In this document: in pieces, positions 27,140 through 36,888 of the stretch | Numbering within the stretch: position 1 is the first letter of the stretch | Layout: each line of letters opens with the position of its first letter | NCBI GenBank assembly: GCA_902797995.1 | Contig: CADBUX010000003.1 | Coordinates: 1-62,519 of the forward strand | Origin: an uncultured Erysipelotrichaceae bacterium | Lineage (GTDB): Bacteria; Bacillota_I; Bacilli_A; RF39; UBA660 | Length of the DNA stretch: 62,519 bases | Direction of reading: 5' to 3' | Made by a program: the position numbers and the translations under genes | The notes under the pieces: model-generated | Seen by the model: the letters and a program-made list of their open reading frames with translations, nothing else | Told to the model about the DNA's origin: nothing | Database searches by the model: none

Positions 27140-27609
27140 ATTTTGATAAAATAAAAGTGGATTGTATGACACAAGAATATGCAAAGCAAATTACAAAATG
27201 GAGATACAGAGGAAGGTATTCTTCATATAATTTGCCTTGTTATGAAGAGTGTGTTCAAAAAAAATATGGAATAACTAGAGAAGATACAAAAGATAATTAT
27301 CTTGTATATCTTTTAGATGATGAAGTGGTGTTCTATTTTAACGGTAAGCCAATGGATAATAATAGAATATATATTGGTGTTGGATTAAAGCCAAAGTATT
27401 GTGGCAAAGGTTATGGAAGCCATTTTTTAAAAGATAGTATGAGAATAATGAAGGAGAAATATCCAAATTCTGTATTCTTTCTTGAAGTTAGAAGTTGGAA
27501 CAAAAGAGCAATAAAGTCTTATAAAAAAATAGGCTTTAAAATTACTAATATTGTTATGTCGAAAGATAGATTAGGAAACGATACTGAATTCGTCGAAATG
27601 GAATTATAA
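27136..27609 (+). CDS. GNAT family N-acetyltransferase
   Basis: Acetyl-CoA-binding block GLKPKYCGKGYGSHFL and the following NKRAIKSYKKIGF. ATGA overlap with the aminopeptidase stop. Confidence 0.85.
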   Translation: MNFDKIKVDCMTQEYAKQITKWRYRGRYSSYNLPCYEECVQKKYGITREDTKDNYLVYLLDDEVVFYFNGKPMDNNRIYIGVGLKPKYCGKGYGSHFLKDSMRIMKEKYPNSVFFLEVRSWNKRAIKSYKKIGFKITNIVMSKDRLGNDTEFVEMEL

Positions 27610-27627
27610 GAAAGAGGTTAATGTGAT

Positions 27628-27656
27628 TTGACATTTTCTTATAATTTATCTATAAT
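27628..27656 (+). promoter_or_regulatory. consensus sigma-A promoter for helD
   Basis: TTGACA (27628-27633), exactly 17-nt spacer, TATAAT (27651-27656). AAGGAG SD before ATG 27686. Confidence 0.65.
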
Positions 27657-27685
27657 AATGCCCAAAAAAGGAGTGCTGAAAAAAC

Positions 27686-29860
27686 ATGGACTATATCTAT
27701 GATGAAGAGAATAAATATTTAGATAAAGTGAATAAGGCTTTAAAAGAAGAACTTGATGAAACTAATCAAGCTCTTAAGGCAGAAGCTGAAAAGATAATAA
27801 GCGTAGATGAAGCAAAAAGAGGAGCTCAATTGCTTAAAGATAGTTTAATGAAAATGTATGCTGAAAGAGTATATAATTTGACAAAAGTTGCTAGTTCTCC
27901 TTATTTTGGCAGGATGGATTTTACGCGTGCAGGTGAAAATGAGACTCAGAAAATATATATAGGAAGAACATCTTTGACAAATGATAACGAAGTATTAATT
28001 GTTGATTGGAGAAGTCCTATTTCCAGTATGTATTATAATAGTAATAAGGGTTATTCTCTATATGAAGCTCCCGAAGGAATTATAAAAGGGTTTGTAGAGT
28101 TAAAGAGACAGATTATTATTGAAAATTATAAAATTAAAAGTATTTTAGACACAGATATAGTAACTAATGATGAAATATTACAAGAGTATTTAAATGTACA
28201 TGCTGATGATAAAATGAAGAATATTATTGCTTCTATTCAAGATGAACAAAACAAAATTATTAGAAAACCTTTGGATAAAAATATAATAGTTCAAGGTGTT
28301 GCTGGTAGTGGCAAAACATCTGTTGCTTTACATAGAATTGCTTATTTGTTATATAACGCTAAAGAAACTGCTAAAAGTGATACTTTTCTTTTGTTAGGAC
28401 CTAACAATTACTTTTTAGATTATATTTCATCTGTTTTGCCCGATCTTGAAACTGAACCTATTTCACAAAAAAGGTATATTGATTTTACATCTGATTATAT
28501 TGAACAAAAAATTTCATTATCAAATAATACTGAGAAATTTAAAAAACAAAAAGAGTTAGACACATATAATAAAGTAAGGCTATTTAAAAATTCATTAGAA
28601 TATAAGGATGCAATTGAAGCATTTATGAATGACTATTTTAATGGTAGTTTTATTGATAAGGGAATTATCTTTGATGGTGTAGAAGTATTTGATAGAGATT
28701 TCATAATTTCTGCATTAACTTCTGGTGCTTTTTCTAAATTGAATTATGATCGAGCAAAAGAGATAACATTGCGAAGTTTTATAGATAGACAAAATCGTAT
28801 TTATAATTATTTAAAAAATAAATATCGCACTATTTATACTTCTTCAGATGCTAGTGTAGAGGAAAAAGAAGCCGCTAAAAGAAAAACTTTAGAAATATAT
28901 GATTTGATATATAAAAATGGCGAAAAGATAATAAAGGATTATTATAAGAAACTTGATGCTAAAATTACTGATATATATAAGAAGTTTCTTATCTCATCTG
29001 ATAATTATATTAAATGTTTAAATAGCGAAGAGATGCAAATGTTTAAGAGGGTTAGTATTAATAATAGTGGTAGATTAAAATTATCTGGAGAGGATTTGCC
29101 TGCTTTAAATTATATGAAATATCTTTTATCTGGGAAAAAAACAAAATATAGACAAATTGCAATTGATGAAGCGCAAGATTATGGTTTGTTCCATTATTAT
29201 GCTTTACTAAAAGCAAATCCTGATGCTAAATTCTCAATATATGGTGACTTAGCTCAAACAATATATCAATATACCAATATTACAAATTGGGAAAAAGTAG
29301 TTGATCAAATCTTTGATGGTGATTGTGAACTTTTAAATTTAAACAAAAGTTATCGTACCACTAGAGAGATAACTGATAATGCAAATGCTATTTTGAATCA
29401 TTTAAAACTAGAAAAAGCAAATTCGGTTGAAAGGCACGGAGAAACTGTTGAGTATAACAATGCTAAGTACTCTGAAGCAGAATTTCGCGATGTGGTTAAC
29501 GATTGGATTAATAGTGGATATAAAAGTGTTGCTATTATATGTAAAACAGAAAAGGAAGCTTTAAATCTATATAAAAATTTACTTAAAAGTAATATTTCCA
29601 TTTCATATCTAGATGATAAAACTTCAAAATATGAAAGTGGTGTGTATGTAACAACAAGTATTGCAGCAAAAGGTTTAGAATTTGATGCTGTAATTATAAA
29701 TGATGCTTCATGTACTGTTTATAATTCATCTAATAATATGGATATGCATTTATTATATGTTGCATTAACGAGGGCACTACACGAATTAAAAGTTCTTTAT
29801 AGTAATGAGATTACTGAACCTTTAAAAGAAAATGCACAGTCTAGAAATAGACAAAGATAG
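27686..29860 (+). CDS. helD: UvrD-like helicase of the HelD type (helicase IV / RNA polymerase recycling ATPase)
   Basis: N-terminal coiled coil followed by SPYFGRMDF, Walker A GVAGSGKTSVALHRIAYLLY, IDEAQD, and C-terminal YVALTRALHEL. Confidence 0.85.
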   Translation: MDYIYDEENKYLDKVNKALKEELDETNQALKAEAEKIISVDEAKRGAQLLKDSLMKMYAERVYNLTKVASSPYFGRMDFTRAGENETQKIYIGRTSLTNDNEVLIVDWRSPISSMYYNSNKGYSLYEAPEGIIKGFVELKRQIIIENYKIKSILDTDIVTNDEILQEYLNVHADDKMKNIIASIQDEQNKIIRKPLDKNIIVQGVAGSGKTSVALHRIAYLLYNAKETAKSDTFLLLGPNNYFLDYISSVLPDLETEPISQKRYIDFTSDYIEQKISLSNNTEKFKKQKELDTYNKVRLFKNSLEYKDAIEAFMNDYFNGSFIDKGIIFDGVEVFDRDFIISALTSGAFSKLNYDRAKEITLRSFIDRQNRIYNYLKNKYRTIYTSSDASVEEKEAAKRKTLEIYDLIYKNGEKIIKDYYKKLDAKITDIYKKFLISSDNYIKCLNSEEMQMFKRVSINNSGRLKLSGEDLPALNYMKYLLSGKKTKYRQIAIDEAQDYGLFHYYALLKANPDAKFSIYGDLAQTIYQYTNITNWEKVVDQIFDGDCELLNLNKSYRTTREITDNANAILNHLKLEKANSVERHGETVEYNNAKYSEAEFRDVVNDWINSGYKSVAIICKTEKEALNLYKNLLKSNISISYLDDKTSKYESGVYVTTSIAAKGLEFDAVIINDASCTVYNSSNNMDMHLLYVALTRALHELKVLYSNEITEPLKENAQSRNRQR

Positions 29861-29987
29861 AGAAAAGTGTTTGAATTAATTTGTTTTCTGTTTTTAAATA
29901 AACTACTATATAAAATGATATAATGTTTTATCGTTTTGTTAGAAAATGAAATTATTTCTGATAAATCTAAAAAAAGAGCAAAAATTG

Positions 29988-30016
29988 TTGAAATTGCTTT
30001 TTTTTTATGCTACAAT
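29988..30016 (+). promoter_or_regulatory. sigma-A-like promoter with an extended -10
   Basis: TTGAAA (29988-29993), 17-nt spacer, TGcTACAAT (30008-30016). Confidence 0.5.
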
Positions 30017-30044
30017 TTTTATATATAGTAGAGGGAGGTCAAAT

Positions 30045-30314
30045 ATGGAAGATAAGAAAACCTTAACAATTAATAAATTAGATGGTACTACTGAAGAAGT
30101 AGAAGAAGTAATTAGTTTTGAATTTAATGATACGAAAAAACGTTATGTTGTTTATACTAAGAATGAAGTTGATCAAAATGGTAACATTACAATATATGTT
30201 ACAGAAGTAGTTAAAGATGAACATGGAACAAGATTTCTTGGCGTGGCAACAGATGAAGAATGGGCAAGAATTAAAGATGTTTTAAGAAGTCTTGCTAAAA
30301 GTGAAGAAGCGTAG
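30045..30314 (+). CDS. DUF1292 family protein (89 aa)
   Basis: Pattern DG.EE.EVI..F......YVVY..NE.D..GN..IYV and a EW..I..VL tail typical of DUF1292. AGGGAGG SD before ATG 30045. The upstream part of the 29946 ORF is probably untranslated. Confidence 0.7.
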   Translation: MEDKKTLTINKLDGTTEEVEEVISFEFNDTKKRYVVYTKNEVDQNGNITIYVTEVVKDEHGTRFLGVATDEEWARIKDVLRSLAKSEEA

Positions 30315-30327
30315 GGAGGTTTATTAT

Positions 30328-31488
30328 ATGATGGATAATGAAATAACAATAATTGATGGGCAAGAGTATTCTGATGGCCAAGAAGCAATAGTTTCTAAAA
30401 AAATAAAAGTTAATGATGAAAAAATGAGAGCAATAGTTAGTCATAAGCAAATTGAAGAAAGGAAAGAAGCTACATTAAAAGAAATAGAACCAATTGTTGA
30501 AGAACCAGAAGTAAAAGAAGAACCAGTTGCTTTTGATGAACCTGAATTTGTAAAAAATACTGACGTAGAAAAAGAAGAACCTGTTATGAAATTTGCCTTT
30601 TCAAGAGAAGGAGCTTATCAAGCAAGAGAAACTGAGGATGAAATTTCTAAGGCACAAGAAGACAGAATCAGAGATTTAGGAGATGCATACAAAGGCCAAC
30701 CTAAACCAGAGTTTAAAAAGGTTATAGATGAAAAGCCTGTTGAAGAAAAAAAGAAAGTTACTACTGAGATGTTTATTCAAGCATTGAATCATCCTTGCTA
30801 TTCTGATAAAACTAGTCAATATAAAGAAAGTTTTGCAAAAAGATATAAACAAATTAATGATAGATTAGAAGCTCAAATTGATGAAACTAAGAGAATAATG
30901 GCTATGTATATGGAGGCTACTGAAACTGGAGCAAAACTATTAATAACACAAAATGAGGCCAAAAGAAATATTGATGGAATTAATGCCTTACAGTTAGATT
31001 TCTTAATGGATAATAAAGATGAAGAATCTATTAAAGTGCTTAGAGACTTAGAAGATTTATTTAATAAAAATAAAGAAATAATTATTTCTACTACTGCTAA
31101 AATAAAAGAAAACGATCAAAGAAAAGCAGAAATTGGTGAAAATGAACAAGCTAGTAAAACTAAAGCCAGCCAAATTGAAAAAGAAAGAGCTGAGTATGAA
31201 GAGCGTGAGTATGATAAGTTAGTTGAAGCTAATGAAAGAGATGCTAGAGTTCATGAAGCTGAAAACGGTTTAACAGAGTTTACTGGAATTGCTGATGATG
31301 AAGTTAAAGCAGCTTCACAAAGAGAAACTGTGACAAATATTTCAAGTATGGAAAGTCCTGCTATGAATAAGTTTGAAAGTTTAAGAGAACAACCAATTGT
31401 TGAAGAACCTAAAACTGTGATAGGTGTTAATCAATTTATGAATGGTGAAAGTTATGACGATATGTCATTTGGAAGAAGAGCTCTTTAG
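30328..31488 (+). CDS. hypothetical Glu/Lys-rich coiled-coil protein (386 aa)
   Basis: AGGGAGG SD before ATG 30328. Long open frame with low-complexity acidic regions. No family recognised. Confidence 0.55.
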   Translation: MMDNEITIIDGQEYSDGQEAIVSKKIKVNDEKMRAIVSHKQIEERKEATLKEIEPIVEEPEVKEEPVAFDEPEFVKNTDVEKEEPVMKFAFSREGAYQARETEDEISKAQEDRIRDLGDAYKGQPKPEFKKVIDEKPVEEKKKVTTEMFIQALNHPCYSDKTSQYKESFAKRYKQINDRLEAQIDETKRIMAMYMEATETGAKLLITQNEAKRNIDGINALQLDFLMDNKDEESIKVLRDLEDLFNKNKEIIISTTAKIKENDQRKAEIGENEQASKTKASQIEKERAEYEEREYDKLVEANERDARVHEAENGLTEFTGIADDEVKAASQRETVTNISSMESPAMNKFESLREQPIVEEPKTVIGVNQFMNGESYDDMSFGRRAL

Positions 31489-31536
31489 TTCTTCTTTTTT
31501 TTTTGGTTTTATAGTATAATAAAAGAGGTGATGAAT

Positions 31537-34500
31537 ATGAAACAAATAATGGATGGTAATAAAGCAGCAGCGCTTGTATCTTATAAATTTACAGAGGTAG
31601 CAGGAATATATCCAATTACTCCTGCTAGTTCTATGGCTGAACATGTTGATGAAATGTCAACTTTAGGGGAAAAGAACTTTTTTGATGATACGGTAAAAGT
31701 AGTAGAAATGCAAAGTGAAGCTGGTGCTATTGCAACTGTTCATGGACTTTTACAAAACGGAGTTTTAGCTAGTACTTATACAGCCAGTCAAGGACTTCTT
31801 TTAATGATTCCAAATATGTATAAGATTGCAGGAGAACTTCTTCCTTGTGTTATAAATGTAGCAGCACGTACTGTAGCAACTCATGCTTTATCAATAATGG
31901 GAGATCATAGTGATATTTATGCTTGTCGCACTACTGGTTTTGCAATGCTTGCTTCATCTTCAGTACAAGACGTTATGAATTTAACAAATATTGCATATCT
32001 TAGTGCTATCAGAGGAAGAGTACCATTTATTAATTTTTTTGATGGTTTTAGAACATCACACGAATATAATAAAATTGATGTAATTGATTTTGAGAAGGTA
32101 AAAAAGCTTATTGATAAAGAAGCACTTAATAAATTTAGATCTAGATCACTTGATGTAGATAATCCTACAACAAGGGGTACTAATCAAGGAGATCAGATTT
32201 ATTTTCAAGCTGTTGAATCTAGAAATGAGTTTTATGATAATGTTCCAGATATAGTAAATAACTATATGAAAGATATTAATGAAATAACGGGAGAAAACTA
32301 TAAACCATTTAATTATTATGGTGATCCAAAAGCAAAGTACGTTATTGTTGCTATGGGCTCTGTTTGTGAAACTATTAAAGAGTACATAGATTATAAGAAA
32401 AGTAAAATTGGTTTAATCGAAGTTCATTTATATAGACCATTTTCTAGTAAATATTTTTTAAATGTTCTACCTAAAACAGTTAAGAGAATCTCTGTACTTA
32501 ATAGAACAAAAGAGATGGGAGGATCTGAACCTTTATATTTAGATGTACTTGATATAATTAAATCAAATAAACTAAATATTGAAGTAAGTACAGGAAGATA
32601 TGGATTATCTTCAAAGAATACTAATCTTTCTGATATAGAAGCTGTTTATGATAACTTAAAACATGATAATAAAAAAGAATTTACTGTTGGAATAGTAGAT
32701 GATGTAACTAATCTTTCTCTTTTTAGAAAACCTTTAAAAGTAAAAAAAGATTATGATGAAATGCTTATTTATGGATATGGCTCTGATGGAATGGTTACTA
32801 CTTCAAAAGATATTTTAACTATTATTGGAGATAATACTGAAAAGTATGTTCAAGGTTATTTTGAATATGATTCTAAAAAAAGTGGGGGAGTTACTAAGAG
32901 CCATTTAAGATTTAGTGATAAACCTATTAAAAGTACTTATTATGTAGAAGAACCTAAGGTTATTGTTTGCTCTAAAGATACTTATTTGAAGAAATACGAT
33001 ATGATTTCTAAAATAAAGAATAATGGTATATTTGTCTTAAATACAGAGCATGCTGAAATATCTTTGCCTGATTATTATATAGATATAATTAAAGAAAGAA
33101 ATATTAAAGTTTATGTAGTTGATGCTTCAAGTATTGCAAAAGAAAATAATATACCTAATAAAATAAGTATGATTATGGAAATGGTTATTCTTGATCTTTC
33201 TAATTTAATGGATAAGAAAAAGTCTAAAGATTATATAACAAAAATGATAAAGAAAAATTTTTCTAAAAAAGGCGAATCTGTTGTTAAATCAAATATTAAT
33301 GCTCTTAATGATGCTTTAAGTAGTATAAAAGAAATAAGTATTTCTGATATAAAAGTAATGGAACAAGAAGAAGTTAAAAATACAATATTTTCACTTCTTG
33401 AGCATGATAAAGGTAATGAAATAAAGGTAAGCCATTTTACAGGGATAGAAGATGGAATATCGGAAGCAGGATTATCTAAACTTGAAAAGAGGGGACTTTC
33501 TAATGAAACACCAACTTATGATAAAGATAAATGTATTATGTGTAATTTATGTTCGTTTGTTTGTCCTCATGCTGTAGTTAGGCCATATTTACTTACTAAA
33601 GAAGAATATGAAAATGCCCCAGAAGAAGTAAAACAAGATTGCAAGGAAGCAAAAATAAAAGATAACGAGCTTATGTACACAATAGGAATAAGTACATTTG
33701 ATTGTACGGGATGTAAGTTATGTACTAATATTTGTCCTACTGGTGCAATAAAAATGAATAAGATAAAAGAAAAAGAAAAGATAAAATATGATTATTTAAA
33801 AAACATAGAAGAAAAACATGTAATGGATAAAAATTCAATAAAGGGTTCTCAATTTATTAGTCCTAAATTTGAGTTTGCAGGAGCGTGTGCAGGTTGTGGT
33901 GAAACACCTTACTTAAAACTATTATCACAACTATATAAAGATAATTTAATTGTTGCTAATGCAACAGGATGTTCTTCAATATATGGAGCATCACTACCTA
34001 ATACACCTTGGAATGTTCCTTGGGTAAATTCCTTATTTGAAGATAATGCTGAGTTTGGTTTTGGTATTAAACTTGCAGAAGACTATATGAAGAATAGAAT
34101 AAGATTAGTAATGGAACAAAATAAAAACAAGGTTAATAAGAAGAACAAAGAACTTATTAAAGAGTATTTAGATAATTATTCAAAAGAAGTGTCAGAAAAA
34201 GTATATAATGAGCTTGACTATGATAATTTTAAAGAAATAATTCCATATAAAAAATATATAAAAGAAAAAAGTATTTGGCTTGTTGGTGGAGACGGATGGG
34301 CTTACGATATCGGTTTTTCTGGAATTGATCATGTTCTAGCAAATAAAGAAAATGTAAATATTTTAGTACTTGATACTGAAGTATATTCTAATACCGGAGG
34401 ACAATCTTCTAAATCAACAAGAAGTGGTGCAATTGCTAAGTTTGCAAGTAGTGGTAAAAAAACCAGAAAAAAAGATTTAGCTAAAATAGCAATGTCTTAT

Positions 34501-34872
34501 CCACATGTATATGTAGGAACTGTATCTATGGGTGCTAACCCAATACATACTTTAAAAACAATAATGGAAGCAGAAAAATATGATGGTCCATCTATAATAA
34601 TTGCTTATGCACCATGTATTGCTCATGGAATAAAAACTGGAATGCAAGATAGTAATAAAGAACAAAAACTTGCTACACAGTCAGGATATTTTCCTTTATT
34701 TAGATTTAATCCTGAAACAAGCAAGTTTACGGTAGATTCAGGAGCTGAGTTTGATAAGTTAGATGAACTATTTAATAGAGAAAATAGATATAGATCGAAT
34801 AAAGAATTACTTGAAAAGAACAAAAACGAAATAAAAGAGTATTATGAATCACTAAAAGAACTAGAAAAATAA
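31537..34872 (+). CDS. nifJ: pyruvate:ferredoxin (flavodoxin) oxidoreductase
   Basis: Full multidomain PFOR. N-terminal DGNKAAALVSYKFTEVAGIYPITPAS, two ferredoxin motifs CIMCNLCSFVCPH and CTGCKLCTNICP, and the TPP domain GGDGWAYDIG. Confidence 0.95.
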   Translation: MKQIMDGNKAAALVSYKFTEVAGIYPITPASSMAEHVDEMSTLGEKNFFDDTVKVVEMQSEAGAIATVHGLLQNGVLASTYTASQGLLLMIPNMYKIAGELLPCVINVAARTVATHALSIMGDHSDIYACRTTGFAMLASSSVQDVMNLTNIAYLSAIRGRVPFINFFDGFRTSHEYNKIDVIDFEKVKKLIDKEALNKFRSRSLDVDNPTTRGTNQGDQIYFQAVESRNEFYDNVPDIVNNYMKDINEITGENYKPFNYYGDPKAKYVIVAMGSVCETIKEYIDYKKSKIGLIEVHLYRPFSSKYFLNVLPKTVKRISVLNRTKEMGGSEPLYLDVLDIIKSNKLNIEVSTGRYGLSSKNTNLSDIEAVYDNLKHDNKKEFTVGIVDDVTNLSLFRKPLKVKKDYDEMLIYGYGSDGMVTTSKDILTIIGDNTEKYVQGYFEYDSKKSGGVTKSHLRFSDKPIKSTYYVEEPKVIVCSKDTYLKKYDMISKIKNNGIFVLNTEHAEISLPDYYIDIIKERNIKVYVVDASSIAKENNIPNKISMIMEMVILDLSNLMDKKKSKDYITKMIKKNFSKKGESVVKSNINALNDALSSIKEISISDIKVMEQEEVKNTIFSLLEHDKGNEIKVSHFTGIEDGISEAGLSKLEKRGLSNETPTYDKDKCIMCNLCSFVCPHAVVRPYLLTKEEYENAPEEVKQDCKEAKIKDNELMYTIGISTFDCTGCKLCTNICPTGAIKMNKIKEKEKIKYDYLKNIEEKHVMDKNSIKGSQFISPKFEFAGACAGCGETPYLKLLSQLYKDNLIVANATGCSSIYGASLPNTPWNVPWVNSLFEDNAEFGFGIKLAEDYMKNRIRLVMEQNKNKVNKKNKELIKEYLDNYSKEVSEKVYNELDYDNFKEIIPYKKYIKEKSIWLVGGDGWAYDIGFSGIDHVLANKENVNILVLDTEVYSNTGGQSSKSTRSGAIAKFASSGKKTRKKDLAKIAMSYPHVYVGTVSMGANPIHTLKTIMEAEKYDGPSIIIAYAPCIAHGIKTGMQDSNKEQKLATQSGYFPLFRFNPETSKFTVDSGAEFDKLDELFNRENRYRSNKELLEKNKNEIKEYYESLKELEK

Positions 34873-34921
34873 TAGTTCTTTTAATTTTTATGGTATAATT
34901 AAACTATATAAGAGGTGCAGT

Positions 34922-35461
34922 ATGTATAGAAAGTATATTAAAAGGCTATTAGATATAATTATTTCTTTGTTTTTTATTATTATTACTTTTCCATTGATGA
35001 TAATTGTAGGTTTTTCTTTGTACTTAAACCTTGGCAAACCTCTTTATAATCAAAAGAGACTTAGAGAAGGGATAAATGGAAAACAATTTTTAATGTATAA
35101 ATTTCGTACTAGGATACTTGATACCTATGATAAGCCTTACAGAGAAAGATATACTAAGTTTTCATATTTTATCGATAGAACTCATCTTAATGAATTGCCA
35201 CAGTTATTTAATGTATTAAAAGGGGATATGTCTTTAGTGGGCCCTAGACCATTTATACCTGGTGAAATACTTCCTAAAAGACCATATAAAGAAAGATATT
35301 TAGTAAGACCTGGAATGACTTCTCTTGCAATTATTAAAGGTGGTAGAACAATAACTCATGAAGACAAACTAAAATATGATAAGATTTATTATAAAAACTT
35401 ATCATTTATGCTCGATTTAAAAATAATACTTTTAACTCCATTATCTATAATAAAATACTAA
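34922..35461 (+). CDS. small monotopic sugar-phosphate transferase (bacterial sugar transferase family, PglC/EpsL-like)
   Basis: One N-terminal membrane helix. KFRT, NELPQLFNVLKGDMSLVGPRP, PGMTS blocks. Confidence 0.85.
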   Translation: MYRKYIKRLLDIIISLFFIIITFPLMIIVGFSLYLNLGKPLYNQKRLREGINGKQFLMYKFRTRILDTYDKPYRERYTKFSYFIDRTHLNELPQLFNVLKGDMSLVGPRPFIPGEILPKRPYKERYLVRPGMTSLAIIKGGRTITHEDKLKYDKIYYKNLSFMLDLKIILLTPLSIIKY

Positions 35462-35554
35462 TTAAGGACTACGTCCTTTTTCTTTTTGTTTGTAATTTTT
35501 AAAATTGTAGAAATATAGATGTTTGTATGATATAATTATAAAAGGTGATTACTT

Positions 35555-36634
35555 ATGATATATCTAGATTATTCTGCTACTACTAAGGCAGATGAAAAAG
35601 TAATAGAAAAGTTTGTAGAAACTGAACAAAAGTATTTTGCTAATCCTAATTCTAATCATTTTTTAGGAAAAGAATGTAAAAGTGTTATTGATGAAGCTGT
35701 TTCTAGTATTTGTTCATGTTTAGGAATAAAGGAAAATGAAATTATTTTTACTAGTGGTGCTAGTGAATCTAATAATACTGTTTTAAAAGGATTAAATGTT
35801 AGTCATATTATAACTACTAAGCTTGAACATTCTTCTATAACAACTCCAGTTGGATATTTACAAACTAAAGGAATAAAAATAGACTTTGTTTCTTTAGATG
35901 AAAATGGTTTAGTAGATACAGACAATTTAATTAGTTTAATTGATTCTGAGCCAACTTTAGTATCTATTGGAGCAGTTAATTCTGAAACTGGTATAAGACA
36001 AGATATTGAAGGAATAGGTAAACTTCTTCAAAAGTATTCAAATGTATATTTTCATAGTGATATAACGCAAGCACTTGGAAAAGTTTCTGTTGATTTAACT
36101 AATGTAGATCTTGCAAGTTTTTCAATGCATAAAATTTTTGGATTCCGTGGCATTGGTGGTTTAATAAAAAAAGAAAATATAAGAATAGTGCCTTTAATTC
36201 ATGGAGGAAAAAGTACTACTGTTTATAGAAGCGGAACACCTCAAACAGGACTTATTGTTTCTTCTAGTGTTGCTATCCATGAAGCAGTTAGAAATATAGA
36301 TAAACATTACGAAAAAGTATTAGAGCTAAATAAATATTTGGTAGATAATATAAAAGATCTAGTTCTAATTAATTCAAATGAATACTCAATTCCTCATATA
36401 CTTAATTTCAGTATTCCTGGCAAGAATAGTGAAGATACTTTAAAGTATTTTTCTGATAATGGAGTTTTAATATCTTCTAAAACAGCATGTTCTTCAGGAG
36501 CTTATTCATTTGTAGTTAATGAGTTATATCATGATATGGATAGGGCAGAATCTTCAAATAGAGTAAGTATTTCATATAAAACAACAAAAGAAGAACTTGA
36601 TCAGTTTATTAAGCTTTTAAAGGAGTGGGTATAA
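35555..36634 (+). CDS. cysteine desulfurase, NifS/IscS-like (class V aminotransferase)
   Basis: IYLDYSATT, PLP lysine SMHKIFG, active-site loop SSKTACSSG. Confidence 0.9.
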   Translation: MIYLDYSATTKADEKVIEKFVETEQKYFANPNSNHFLGKECKSVIDEAVSSICSCLGIKENEIIFTSGASESNNTVLKGLNVSHIITTKLEHSSITTPVGYLQTKGIKIDFVSLDENGLVDTDNLISLIDSEPTLVSIGAVNSETGIRQDIEGIGKLLQKYSNVYFHSDITQALGKVSVDLTNVDLASFSMHKIFGFRGIGGLIKKENIRIVPLIHGGKSTTVYRSGTPQTGLIVSSSVAIHEAVRNIDKHYEKVLELNKYLVDNIKDLVLINSNEYSIPHILNFSIPGKNSEDTLKYFSDNGVLISSKTACSSGAYSFVVNELYHDMDRAESSNRVSISYKTTKEELDQFIKLLKEWV

Positions 36635-36888
36635 TGACAATAGTAAAAATATCTTCAATAGCATGCTCATCATGTATTATTTTAAATAATACTTTAGAGA
36701 GAATACTTGAGAATTATAAAGTACATATTAAAGAATATGATTATGATTTTGATGACGTGCCTTATGAAGTAGGTCATGTGCTACCGGTACTTATATTTCT
36801 TGACTGTCAAGGCAATGAATCATCAAGGTTAATTGGTGAATCTTCTTATGAAGAAATTGAAGAAAAAATAAAAGAATTAGGTGATTAG
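36634..36888 (+). CDS. small thioredoxin-fold protein with a CSSC motif
   Basis: KISSIACSSCIIL near the N-terminus (CXXC in a Trx-like context). TAATG overlap with the nifS-like stop. AAGGAG SD. Confidence 0.5.
   Translation: MTIVKISSIACSSCIILNNTLERILENYKVHIKEYDYDFDDVPYEVGHVLPVLIFLDCQGNESSRLIGESSYEEIEEKIKELGD

Noticed and set aside
27686-29860. UvrD-like helicase next to the radical SAM operon, considered as a possible defence-system or RiPP-cluster component.
   Set aside because: It has its own perfect TTGACA-17-TATAAT promoter. It also shows the N-terminal coiled coil plus SPYFGRMDF signature of housekeeping HelD. No nuclease or other partner gene is adjacent.
29946-30044. The N-terminal 33-codon extension of the DUF1292 ORF (MKLFLINLKK...).
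   Set aside because: This stretch contains the promoter-like TTGAAA/TGcTACAAT elements, and the AGGGAGG SD sits just before the internal ATG 30045. The extension is therefore most likely untranslated.
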